Below are positions 12,067 to 24,083 of a stretch of 64,000 nt of DNA, one piece after another. A model generated the notes under the pieces. It did no database searches. It saw nothing but the letters and a program-made list of their open reading frames with translations, and had not been told where the DNA came from. Both the position numbers and the translations under genes were made by a program. The stretch lies in contig NC_042999.1 in the NCBI RefSeq assembly GCF_006345805.1, forward strand, positions 84,072,001 to 84,136,000. Reading direction: 5' to 3'. The number at the start of each line of letters is the position of its first letter. Positions within the stretch are counted from its first letter, which is position 1. This stretch comes from Octopus sinensis (lineage: Eukaryota).

Positions 12067-12775
12067 AGTTAACAAGAATTGTATTGGCATTTATACATTT
12101 AGGCAGGTTTAAAGGGGTGTTGGTGGGGGACTTTTTTGGGGGTAGGCATAGCGCAAAAATCATACTTGGGGGAGTGGTCAAGGAGTCAGTGTTAAATTAG
12201 ATAGGAGAATAAATAAAAAATAAAAAATAAAAAATAAAAAATAAAAAATAAAAAATAAAAAATAAAAAATAAAAAATAAAAAATATATAAATATAAAATA
12301 TAAAAGTAAAATAAAAAATAAAAAATAGAAAATAAAAAATATAAAAAAATAATTAAAAAAAAAATAAAAAATAAAAAATAAAAAAAAAAATAATAAAATA
12401 TATATATATAATATATATATATATTTTTATTTTTTATTTTTTATTATTTTTTTATTTTTTATTTTCTTTTTTTTTTTCTTTTTTTTTTATTTTTTATTTT
12501 TTATTTTTTATTTTTTATTTTTTATTTTTTTTTTTTTTTTTATATTTTATATATTTTTATTTTTTATTTTTTATTTTTTATTTTTTATTTTTTATTTTTT
12601 ATTTTTTTTTTTTATTTTTTATTTTTTATTTATTCTCCTATCTAATTTAACACTGACTCCTTGACCACTCCCCCAAGTATGATTTTTTGCGCTATGCCTA
12701 CCCCCAAAAAGTCCCCCACCAACACCCCTTTAAACCTGCCTAAATGTATAAATGCCAATACAATTCTTGTTAACT

Positions 12776-12826
12776 AGCTTCCTGAAGATTTCTCTTGAAT
12801 GAAACAGTTCTAGTCCTGTAGAAGCT
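12776..12826 (+). ncRNA. Type I hammerhead ribozyme (family B)
   Basis: AGCTTC (12776-81), CTGAAGA (12782-88), t-TTC-tctt-GAA-t, GAA-ACAG-ttctagtc-CTGT-A (12820), GAAGCT. Confidence 0.7.
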
Positions 12827-12920
12827 CCTTCTATATAATAAATATATATATATATATATATTTACATATGTATATATACATATATATTAATATACACACA
12901 CACACATATATATAATAAAT

Positions 12921-13125
12921 ATTAGGGAATAAATCCAAATTTACAGGGAAAAATTAGGATTGAATCCAATTTTATAGTAAAATATTATATTATATTATAT
13001 TAGAGACAAAACCACTATTATGCAAATCAAACAAAGAAAGACCTAAGCCATACATAAAATAATTTATATAAATTAGAATTTAACAATTATGATTTGCATA
13101 ATAGTGGTTTTGTCTCTAATATAAT
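12921..13125 (-). mobile_element. Minimal PLE 3'-end insertion (family C) with a short perfect inversion
   Basis: ATTAGGGAATAAATCCAAA...TTAGAGACAAAACCACTATT matches the element end at 20701. 12994-13029 and 13090-13125 form a perfect 36-bp inverted repeat. Confidence 0.65.
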
Positions 13126-13562
13126 ATAATATATATATATATATATATAATATATATATATATACATATACATATTTTAAATAAAAATTACAATAATGAG
13201 GGTAGAAATTAATTGTAATACACACACGCGCGCGCGCGCGCACACCCACCCGCCCCACATATATATATATATATATATATATATTGTATATCGAACCTAA
13301 GTGGTTATATTTAATTTGTTTATTCACATGATTGCCACTGTATCTGCTCATCTGAATTCGTCTTATAACTATTGCTTACCACGCTGAATAGGTCCCCTCT
13401 AAAGACATTGGTGTCTAAGTTCGAATCATTTGAGCGCTAATAAGTGCTTTCTTTACCAAGAACCTCTGGATCTCACCTGTTCACACACACGCACACACAT
13501 ACACACACACAAACACCCACACGCACATACAACCCACACCCACATAGATATGTAGATAGATA

Positions 13563-13608
<46 letters not shown>

Positions 13609-16005
13609 ACAACATATATATATATATACAGCTTTCCTTTTAAACCAATATTAAAACATTACTTTTTTATTTAATCAATGTTTTCTTATACCAGTGCATC
13701 AGTCCCTTATTGTTCTTCTCAAACCACCCAAGTTCAACGTTATTCGTCTCCAGTTTCATTCTCAGCTTGTTAGCGGCTTCACCCTTTCTCTTTCCCCACC
13801 CCATTTTTTTTTTATTTTGCAAACGGCTTATGTTTATACATACATTCCTGCCTTTAGATCATTCGAGACCTGCTCCCCGGAACTATATTTATAACCAATA
13901 TATTTTTTGTCGTCATTCTGCTGTGATATTGGTATAGCTTCCATAATGAAGCGTCTATTTCCAATGTAAATTCCATATAGTTTAGAGGTATTATGTTAAC
14001 ATTTTCCTAACAGGCTTTGTTCTATGGTGTACGGTGTAGTGTTTTACAATTCCTCCTTGTAAATGCATGGTGATTCTACAACGGAAAGTTGTACATGTTT
14101 TGTCTTTGAATCAGTTGTAACAGTGAACTTTGTACCTTTCACTTTTACTATCGAATTTATGCATTACCTGGTTATCCTAAATGTTTTTCATACTCGCAAT
14201 GTGTTGTTAGTAAGGAAGTTTTTCTTTTTAATTACAAATATTGTTTTGTTCTATTAAATCTTTTTATTAGATTAGTATCACTGTAACTGGTATGAATTTG
14301 TGTAATATGTGTATTGTAATTATGCATATGTATTTATTGTGTTGTATTTTTTCCGCTTGGTCTCTTTGTTTTTGAATAGCCGTTGTAATTTATAAACGTG
14401 AATGTGTGGGCGTATGTCTGTTCGCCTTCATATATACACACGTGCATATATGCATGCATAGATGGATACTTATATAAATATACATTTATATATATGTATG
14501 CACGTATACAACTATACTCTAACTTTCACACCCCAACCCACTATTTGTCACTTACTGTGTCGACAGTATGTCGGATACAATGCCTGATAGTATTGGTTTT
14601 CGCCGCCTCTTGCTATAAGTTCAAATGCAGCAGTGGCTGAATCCGGCTTTCATAGTTCGAGTCTTAGATACACTACCATATATTTCTTCCCTCTTTATCT
14701 TTGTAATATATATGTAGTTCAAAGGTTCGACATTGATGTATTAAGTTAACCTAATATAATCGGAAAATTTATGTGCCTGTTGAGTACTCAGAGGCTTACA
14801 TGTTGTTTCAAGATTCGAAGTTTAGTTGGTTGAGCAAGTGAATGTTAATCGTTGAAACCACCGGAGAATCCTTTCTGACTAAAGTTCAATGTTGGTTTAA
14901 TTTCTGTCAGAAACCATTCCAGATCATTCCAACGTTGCATCATTGAAAGAAAACTCGTCCGTTAGTGGCCCCCAAACCGATAATGTATGAGTCTTGGGAA
15001 TTATTTGTTCCATGAACTGATACAAATTGAAGTTTTGTTTCTATGATCATTCCGCAGGGGTTTTATGCATATGAAAGGATAAAGTTACGATCGGAAATTG
15101 AAACAGTATTCCTGGCTCCGATCATCCGCAGGTTATTTCTTATAGATAAGTGTTCATATAAATTTAGATATAGATATACAAAGAGACGGAAAGCTAAATA
15201 AGCAGACAGGCGGATGGACAGACAGATAGTCAGAGAAAGAGGGAAGGAGAGAGAGAGAGAAATAACGAGGGATAGAAATGATTGATAGAAAGAAAGATAA
15301 GCAGATAGACGCACATAATAAATGTGACTGTGCAAATGAACATGTTGTGTCAGAACAATTACCGTCAGAGTTGTTCCGTCTTTAATTTATTCATTAGTTC
15401 CTTACATAGCAATTTACAGACAATACTCCAACAATGCTGCAGCATCAATATTCAATGCTTGCAATGCAAAAGATTTCTTCATCTTTGAAATTGAGAGATG
15501 GGTAGTTAGATACACACATACGCACACACAAATACCTACATACGTACAATCAAACACAAACACACAGTTACGAGCGTGTGTATGAATGTGTGTTTAGGTG
15601 TGTGCATGCGTAAGTATGTATATCTGCGTGTGCATGTACGTGTGTTGTGTGTGTGTGTTTGTCTCAAGCAACATAATCAATGCTGGCTACACAAAAAAAT
15701 TCCGTCATCTTTCAATCTTTGAAATGAAAAGATAAATAGGTAGATATATGATAGATATATACATGCATCCATACATATAACCATACACAGAGTCACATAG
15801 ATTTTTACGTATATATATGTGTGTGTGTGCGTGTGTGTGTTAGCTTATACATGTGGTTACGTATATATGTTTGTGTATGTGTGTATATGAGTGTATATAT
15901 ATTTATATGTATGTGTACACATATATATATTAATATATATATGTATATATATATATATGTATATGTATATATATATATGTATATATATATGTATATGTAT
16001 ATATA

Positions 16006-16065
<60 letters not shown>

Positions 16066-16143
16066 TAAGAGATAGATATATTTACTTACTCATATATGTA
16101 GATACACACACACACACGCACACACACATATATATATATTATA

Positions 16144-16245
<102 letters not shown>

Positions 16246-16649
16246 TAAGAATCTGTCTATGTGTATCATATGTGTATTCAATGCTAACTATGTAAAAGTT
16301 TTCGTTCATCTTTGAAGCGATTTGACGATATTTAGCGTTGAGATGTCCGACCCGACTACATTTCTTAGCAATTTTTATTTCATCCAATATATATTCCGAC
16401 AGCAGTATTTCACAAAGTTTTCCTCTGTCAATATATATGATTTATTCATCTATGTTAAACTTTTTTCATCATTTGTTTCTATACTAAATAATGCTATTGA
16501 TTGAATTACCCACTAAAAAAAAAAGGAATGACCTCTGTGTATATTATGTAATGGTTTTCAATGTAAAGTAGTCTTCTTTTTTTTTTGGCTTTTATTGCAC
16601 ATAAGTTTGTAGAAAATGAGTTCGAATATTCCTTCTGTAGCAGTAGAAA

Positions 16650-16875
16650 ATTTAGGGAACCTTTGCATCCGACCTTATCCAGTCCATATATTGTTCCTGT
16701 TTTATGTTCAAACCGGCTAGATCTGACCTCTCACACCTACCCTACAATGTTTATCTAAATGTAAACAATCACATGATGGAAATATTGAAGTTACAAGGCA
16801 ATGCATATTTAATTCAAATCGATATGAATAAATAAACATCACATGTGACAGAGTAGCCTGAAAACTAACCGGATA
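16650..16875. repeat. Decayed interspersed repeat (possibly a piggyBac-type MITE), second fragment at about 18205-18315
   Basis: TTTTATGTTCAAACCGG.AGATC..CCTCTCACACCTACCCTACAATGT..ATGTAAACAATCAC occurs at both loci. The class assignment comes from recall of similar repeats; termini are not intact. Confidence 0.45.
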
Positions 16876-18468
16876 AATTATATACTACGTGTGTTATAAT
16901 GACCAAGTCACACAATGGTGAAGCTACAATTTTCTTATTTGTTCCTGTGTATGTATTGTGTAGGAACACCTCTTTCCGAGGCTGGCGTTGTAATCGTTTT
17001 GTTGATATGCATCAGTGTTTAAAGACATGTTGATGAGTTTCGAGCTTACTTTGGTACAACCAGTGCCGAATGCAGTTTCAGCTGATCAGTTATTTATAGT
17101 ATATTTCGTTGAATATTGCTCTTGTTGTTATATCATTGTTGAAGATGTGTAACCTGGTGACTTCAATTTACTTCCAAGATATCTAAAATCAGTTTTGTAT
17201 GAAAGCAAGGTCCACTTATTCTTGCCCTATACTACTACTTCTAATACAACGACGTCGACGACGACCACCACCACCAGAAATATTAATTCTACTTGTAACA
17301 AATGTATAAATTACGATAAATAAACAGACAAAAATCTGAATTGGTATGGGATGGTAAACAAATTACCTCCTTCCGTCTTCCACGCTGGGCTAATTTGAAA
17401 CTGGTTACAACTTATCTCACAGTAATCTGAGTCCAACTTCCAATAACCAGGAGGTAAAGTGAAGTGAAGTCAATTTAAAATCTCTACACTTAGTTATTTT
17501 TGATATAACAATACTATGCGATATAAATAGTTAAACAGAACAATGAGACTCAACGCACGGATACATTTTCCCCAGTGGTACATGTAGAGAATAATACAGC
17601 GCATTCCTAGATTAAGCTATGAATTGTATTGAATGCAGTGTGACCTTTTGGACATTATGACTCTGTATGTGCCCACATTTTAACGCTCACGTTAGCAGGT
17701 GTAAGAAACGCGTATTCATATTATTTATGGGGCCATCGATGTAATGAAGCTATTGATATTGTAACTCTGCGCTTGCTCGGTTTTGTTGATAAGAGTGATT
17801 TTCATACTATTGACGTTGTAGACTTTAAATATGATTTTGTGTCTGGCTTGTAAATTTGACTTTAGTTTGCAAACACTTTTATTGATTATAAGGTCTTTTC
17901 GAATGTATGAAAGACAATGAAGTCAGTCATTATCAACGATGTACTCGAACATCTTGAATACTCCCTTACTCTCAACAATCACAGGTCTGCTCTCCATGCA
18001 ACCAGAACCTCCAGGAGTCAATTCACCTCACCGACCAACAAATTATCGAATTAAAGGATTTCGGTGAAAAGAATGTTGTCGTCTGAGACGATGGCAAAGC
18101 TTTTCATAGATTATAATATGAGAATATGCTAGTGCAACTTCAACTATGAGCTTCATCTACCTCTTACATTCTGCATAGAGAACTTATTTGATGGTACCTA
18201 AATTCCGGTTTGCCAGTGATTTTATGTTCAAACCGGCCAGATCCGGCCTCTCACACCTACCCTACAATGTTAATCTGCATGTAAACAATCACGTGATGGA
18301 AATATTGAAGATTTCGCTGTTGTTCCCTACTTTCTTTACTCAACACACCAAACGCCTACTTGTTCGCACGTTAAACAGAACCTACTTTTACACAGATTAT
18401 ACAACCCCATATTCTTTTTTAATCTTATCTACATTCGCATCATCCACAACCACTCTAGTCACCACATG

Positions 18469-18522
18469 CTAAGCCTTCACAGAACGTAGACATTTTGATG
18501 TCTACGTTCTGTGAAGGCTTAG
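18469..18522. repeat. Perfect 25-bp stem, 4-nt loop hairpin
   Basis: CTAAGCCTTCACAGAACGTAGACAT-tttg-ATGTCTACGTTCTGTGAAGGCTTAG. Confidence 0.9.
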
Positions 18523-20173
18523 TCTCCTCTAGCGAGGCTTTGTCAATTTATTCCCTTTCAAATGGATGAAGAAGAAACAACTTTAATCAAGAAACATCAT
18601 CACCATATACATTCCATAAAATCACCTGTACGATGCAAGTAGCACTCTCTCTGTCAATGTATATGTTTGGTATTGTTATCACTGATGCTTTGTCTTGGCG
18701 AATGCATAGTTTGGAGTGATCCCACAAACTAGCATTTTTTTAGGATGTCAAAGGAAATATTTCATCCTTCAACAGATACTGACACACTAGAAAGAGCATT
18801 ATATCTGCATGTAGGACGAAGCTGATGCTCCATACACAAACATCCAAGATTACATTGAGGAAGAGGTCCCTTTGCTGTTTAGTGCAAAAGTAATAACAAT
18901 CACACTCTCATTCTGAGCCACAGGCAGTCTATCTCTCTCTTTTCTATTACATTTGCAATGGGTTCTGTTGCTAGAAGCTGGTTGGTCCTATGTCCCACTC
19001 ACCCATTCTTCTTAAATCCTCCATGTTATGTCCAACTATCCAGTCCCCAAAATAATCACAATTCCCAAAGCATCACTCACAGAATGTCAGCTGTCTGGAA
19101 TCTCCTGTCTGCGCATATTTTTCCGTTAGAGTGTCAACTTGCAACGGTTAAAGCTGATTAATGTCGGCATTAGTCTCATCAGTCTGCGAACATAATGGGT
19201 ACTGTTCCTGACTTTAGAGTCAGTAATAAAAGAAAATACGTCCTTCGTTAGAATAGACGGTAAAATACTTTGTTCAGTAATATTTGGACGTGACATTGAA
19301 CATAGTTAAACGACTGCATATAATCTATATCGATAGCGTGTTCTCAGGTTTTGATGAGATAAAATAATGTTGGAAACGTACTTTTTTTCTTATTGCTGAT
19401 AATACTGGCGCTGGTGCTGCTGCTGCTGCTGTTGTTGTTACTGTTTCCACAGACTCCGTTCATACTTAGTTGTAACCATTATCCACTAATCTTCCTGTAT
19501 CATTATTGTTATTTTCAACAATCATCGAATAAATATATCGATTATCCATTGAAGACATTTCTATCACGAATAGGATTAATAAAAGCAAAGGCGTCACAAC
19601 ATTTCATTTCTTTAGTAATAGTCACATAAAGATTCATGTTATTTTTGTTTAATGTTACAAGTTCTAGCTGGCTTAGTGAATAATCTTGTTCTTACAGGTT
19701 ACATATCAACTGATATTTTTGAATTACATTATGAGATATATTAACTATATAAAAAAAATGTGAAGCATATAGAAATTAGGACGACATTCTCTATATTCAG
19801 TCTCGTTAAGAATACAATAAATTTTCAAAATGTATATTTTTTTGTCTGTCTGGATAAACAGCCATCATTTATTCCCACATCGCTAGTACTGCATAATGGC
19901 TACAGTCAAGGCACTTAAATCTCGCAAGCTAAGTTCAACAAGTTGCTAACGTACCTTCAGCTTTGGAGACTTATCAGTTGTATAAACTGATCATGGAACG
20001 TGATGCTACATCTTTCTAATACTCAGGAACGATGTGGCAATTGCAGCCATTATCGATAAGATTTGAATATTTTGTTGTAAATTCAATCAGCTACCTATCA
20101 TCATGACTAACATAAGATAGCCGTGTGTGTTTAAGCTCTCTCTCCCTCTCACACACACAAGCACACACACACA

Positions 20174-20206
<33 letters not shown>

Positions 20207-20247
20207 CCACACACACACACACACACATGCTTGTATGATATAGTGTT

Positions 20248-20279
<32 letters not shown>

Positions 20280-20544
20280 TGTATTTCAGTGTCTGCTCAC
20301 ATGCATACAGACGTTGAAAATGTACCAGTCCAACACAGTGCCTTAGCGAAAATGCAATAATGACTGACTGCACAATTTTTATTTTTATTCGTTGCATTCG
20401 GAGAGTTATATGGCTTGTGTGAACACTTTCTAATGATTTTATTCTCTTTAAATTTGGTTAGAGCAGATGTTGCGTCAAGTGCTGACTGGCGTGCACACCT
20501 AGGTTTTCTAATTCCCTATTTCTTTCTCTCTCTCTCTGTATGTG

Positions 20545-20600
<56 letters not shown>

Positions 20601-20601
20601 A

Positions 20602-20633
<32 letters not shown>

Positions 20634-21090
20634 AATATAATAATAATAATAATATAATAATAATAATAATAATAAAATATAATAATAATAATAATAATAA
20701 TATTAGGGAATAAATCCAAACTTACAGGGAAAAATTAGATTTAGGATTAAATCCAATTTTATAGTATAAATATATATATTATATTATACTAAATTAGAGA
20801 TAAAACCACTATTAGGCAAATCAAACGGTGAAAAACATAAGCCAATACCTAAAATTAATTAAAAAATATAATAGTTAAAAATTAAAGAATTATTTAAATA
20901 ATTTAAACTTATATATTTTAAATATATATATGCAAATATATACGGTTAAGTAATTGAGATTCAAGTGAATTCTAAAGAATTCACATGAATATGGTCCTTA
21001 ACTAGGATGCACCGGATATCTATATGGTGTTAACCATACGACAAGTGGGGTGATTACAAATAGGAAAAAAGCAACAAGAATGGATTAAAA

Positions 21091-21178
21091 TCTCGGTACG
21101 ATTGTTTCGTACGAGGACATCTTTAATAAGCTACAAAAAATGCAGTGAATACAGATGGCTCGTACTCGTCAGCCGAAA
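21091..21178 (-). ncRNA. Type I hammerhead ribozyme (family C)
   Basis: Minus strand: TTTCGG-CTGACGA-GTACGAG...CTCGTAC-GAAAC-aatc-GTA-CCGAGA. Stem I 6 bp including one G.U, perfect 7-bp stem II, GUA at 21099-21097. Confidence 0.85.
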
Positions 21179-22396
21179 AAACATCAGAGAATTCCCAAAC
21201 ATCAAAAGGGGTAGATACAAAAGAGGTTGTAAGATCAACTGCATTGAAGAAAGTTAGATTCATGGAGATCCGATGAAAGGTTTTAAACTTACAGAATTTG
21301 TGCATGTCTACATATAGCTCATATTGAATTTTTAATCAAGTTGTGTGAAGAAATTTTCGGATACAGTCATGCAAAATTTCTGAAAATCCGAGTAAGAGGC
21401 AAAGTGACTGCCATATCATGTAGAGGAAAGTCTGAGTAAAAGCAAAGTGACTGTCATATCGAGTAGAGGAACAGATTGTTATTGAAATTTACAAGAATCG
21501 CAGATAAGTTCGATTCTTGGAGATCCGATGAAAAGTCTTGAACTTACAGAATATGTGCATGTCCTTATAGTTCATAATCCAGTTTTGTGAAGAGATTTAG
21601 GGTACAATCATGCGAAAATATCAGGGAATCCGAATGAGAAGCAAAATGACAGTCTTATATTGTAGAGGTGCCTGTTGTTAATGAATTTTACAAGAATCAA
21701 ACAGAGAGGGGGAAGGAAGTAGGATTTAATCAGTTACTGCTATTAAAGCTATCAAAGAGAAAGGAAAGGGGAAGCTAAGGGGATGGACACAAGTTGATAC
21801 TACCAGAAAATCTAAGCTTGTTTAGTGCAAAATTCGAACTGAGGTCAACAATTTATTTCTTTATTTATAAATGTTACTATTAATAGAATGTCAGGTTACA
21901 ATGAGAGGTCATTAGAAAGGAAAGAAAAATGGGGTTGTTTTTTAATGAAATCAAACAATTATATTATTATTATACTATACTATAATACACTACACTATAT
22001 TATATTATATTATTTTATATTATATTATATCACATCACAATACACTACGATAGGTCTGGGATTAGCAGAATTAATTATTAGTGTAAAAGAAACTAAGAGA
22101 TTTAACTAAATAATATTTATATATGGGTTAAAAATTAGACTAGGAAATGGAGATAAAAATAGAGCAAAATTTAAATTAAAATTAATAATATGGTCCAATA
22201 GAAATAAATCAAATAATTTAAATCGATAAGTATTAAATAGTACCATCAGAGAGAGAACTTATAATCACAGCTAGTTAGATCTTATCTTTCTACTTAAATA
22301 TATAATATACTATGTAGGAGTGATATGTAAGTCAAAGTGAATTTTATGCAAAGTGATTCCAGTATACAGTTATCAATTGAGATATCATTTAAAATA

Positions 22397-22688
22397 TCAT
22401 TTAAAATATTTAAGAGTCTTAACTCGAGCATGTATACAAGATATTCCATGTTCAATTCTGCTGTTAATTGAATTTCTCCATTATTTCTATACATTAGTAT
22501 TCAAATGCTTCCATGGAGCAAAGTTGGCAACCTACTCTGCTATTTTTATAGGGTTTTGCTCTTCTGACTAATTCCCAATTAAGGTTATATTTGATGTTAT
22601 TGTTTTTTAGTCCCAAATTTTACTAGAAGAGTGGTGCTATCAGCTTTATGACGTAATTTAAGGATGAGAGATGGTTATTCAATCTCTG
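22397..22688 (-). pseudogene. PLE GIY-YIG endonuclease C-terminal fragment, frameshifted
   Basis: Stitched across frames: QRLNNHLSS(F)KLRHKADSTT...KIW.LKNNNIKYNLNWELVRRAKPYKNSRVGCQLCSMEAF...NSRIEHGISCIHARVKTLKYFK*. It has the R-x3-H, CxxC and terminal CxH motifs of PLE endonucleases. Confidence 0.8.
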
Positions 22689-22842
22689 TTATATACAAAT
22701 ATAATATACAAATATAATTAATTAATAAGGGTGAGAGAATTAGATACTAATTTAATAGTATATCTATTCAATACCAAGTGGCCTAGTGCTCCGAGAAACC
22801 TGGATTATTATAATATTTTATTAATATTATAATATTTTTACA

Positions 22843-23178
22843 AAATAAATATAAGAGAGTGGTCACTATATGGCTCACTCTAGCACCAGTTAATCCAAAA
22901 GGTTTCAACCACAAAAATACATGTTTCCCATGAAAGTCAGTACGATTGTTAGCTCACACGGACAGGGCAAATAAAAAATAACAAAAATACAGATTATTTT
23001 GGGACAATTGTTCGCTATAATGAATTAAATGTAATTTACTTACAAAAAAATCCACTTGTAGCTCGTCAGCCAAAACTATCTGGATGAAATCCACTCAATC
23101 ACACGCCAGATTTTACCATAACGATAAATACGCGTGTGGTTCAATTGATTATAGTGACCACTCTCTTATATTTATTTT
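22843..23178 (-). mobile_element. Mini PLE-derived element with 29-bp perfect inverted ends and a hammerhead
   Basis: AAAATAAATATAAGAGAGTGGTCACTATA (22843-22871) is the reverse complement of 23150-23178. Confidence 0.65.
22997..23075 (-). ncRNA. Type I hammerhead-like motif missing one A of GAAA
   Basis: Minus strand: TTTTGG-CTGACGA-GCTA...TAGC-GAAC-aatt-GTC-CCAAAA. 6-bp stem I and palindromic stem III loop. One core A is absent. Confidence 0.6.
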
Positions 23179-23187
23179 ATTTTATAT

Positions 23188-23222
<35 letters not shown>

Positions 23223-23431
23223 GTGAAATAGAAAGATGAATAATCTTGTTGCAGATTAATCAAAAGTTTTACCGATACCTTGGTAGCAAAAATCACAGCA
23301 GGAGACAGCACGGTTGGAGGTACACCCATATGGTGTTGCAACCGTGCGTTGGTGCGGATAATTGAATTTTAATATTATTAGTGAATTGAAGAAATGGAGT
23401 TGAACGAAGATTGAACAGAAATCGTTTTATT

Positions 23432-23515
23432 GCATTCTACACGTGTTTCGAAAGCCACAATTTACCAATTCCGATTGAATAAGGAGACCATATTGTGTAT
23501 TCTCTTCAGGAAGAA
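23432..23515 (-). ncRNA. Type I hammerhead ribozyme in the sense 3' pseudo-LTR
   Basis: Minus strand: TTC-CTGAAGA (23509-23503), GAATACACAAT...ATTGTGGCTTTC, GAAAC-acgt-GTA (23440-23438), GAA. Stem II is weakened relative to the 26988 copy. Confidence 0.65.
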
Positions 23516-24083
23516 ATAGGAATTCCGTTGGCAAAAACAAAAACAGAACAGAGGCGCAGCAAAACAAATCGAACGAGGCTCCTAAGAGCCCATGGCCAAA
23601 CTGTTTATCAATGTATGTTGAAATCGGGTGGTGGGTGCGTTGAAGATTTTAACAGGTCAGGCAGCGGTCATTCCGGTGGGTGAGGGCACGGGTTGCGTAG
23701 ATGTTCTTTGTGACCGAGACTAAGGTTCTGACTATTTAAAGAATATTAGGTGTATTATATGGGGCGGGACAAAATCTACTTAGAAACATGTGTGTGTGAA
23801 CTGTTCTATATGTGCGCGGCCGCAAGTTGGTAAAAGGCGCTACACACTGGTCACTGCTGAAAAATCCGTCAGGCGGCAGAACATTTATGTGTGCGTGTGT
23901 TCGTCTAATCATGCTTTGTCAAAAAAAACCCCCGTCGTCAAAACAAAACACCATTCGCCTACTGGGAGTAATTCCCCTTGCAATGGTTGATCATATTTCT
24001 CTTAAAAGGCTTTTTCAAAATTTATTTCCAAGGGCTATTTTCATATAAGTAGGGTAACCGGGTGCAGGTATCATTTATAAGCG

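Larger units (their letters stand above)
11930..12845 (-). mobile_element. Non-coding fold-back PLE derivative (family B), near-perfect palindrome
   Basis: About 12000-12400 is the reverse complement of about 12420-12845, including the (AAAAAT)n/(ATTTTT)n tracts. The left arm carries the extra terminal segment GTAGGTCCCGGGTTGATTCGGGGTTAACC also seen at 4385-4415. Confidence 0.8.
20701..22690 (-). mobile_element. 5'-truncated PLE (family C): EN fragment, about 1.7 kb 3' region, hammerhead
   Basis: EN remnant at 22397-22688, hammerhead at 21091-21178, and terminus TTAGGGAATAAATCC next to (AAT)n/(TA)n. Confidence 0.75.

Noticed and set aside
18700-19070. Possible LINE AP-endonuclease remnant on the minus strand (GD..VGH-like)
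   Set aside because: Similarity is too weak to support without a search.
19150-19195. Minus-strand CTGATGA followed by the stem GACTAATG-ccga-CATTAATC
   Set aside because: No GAAA after the stem.
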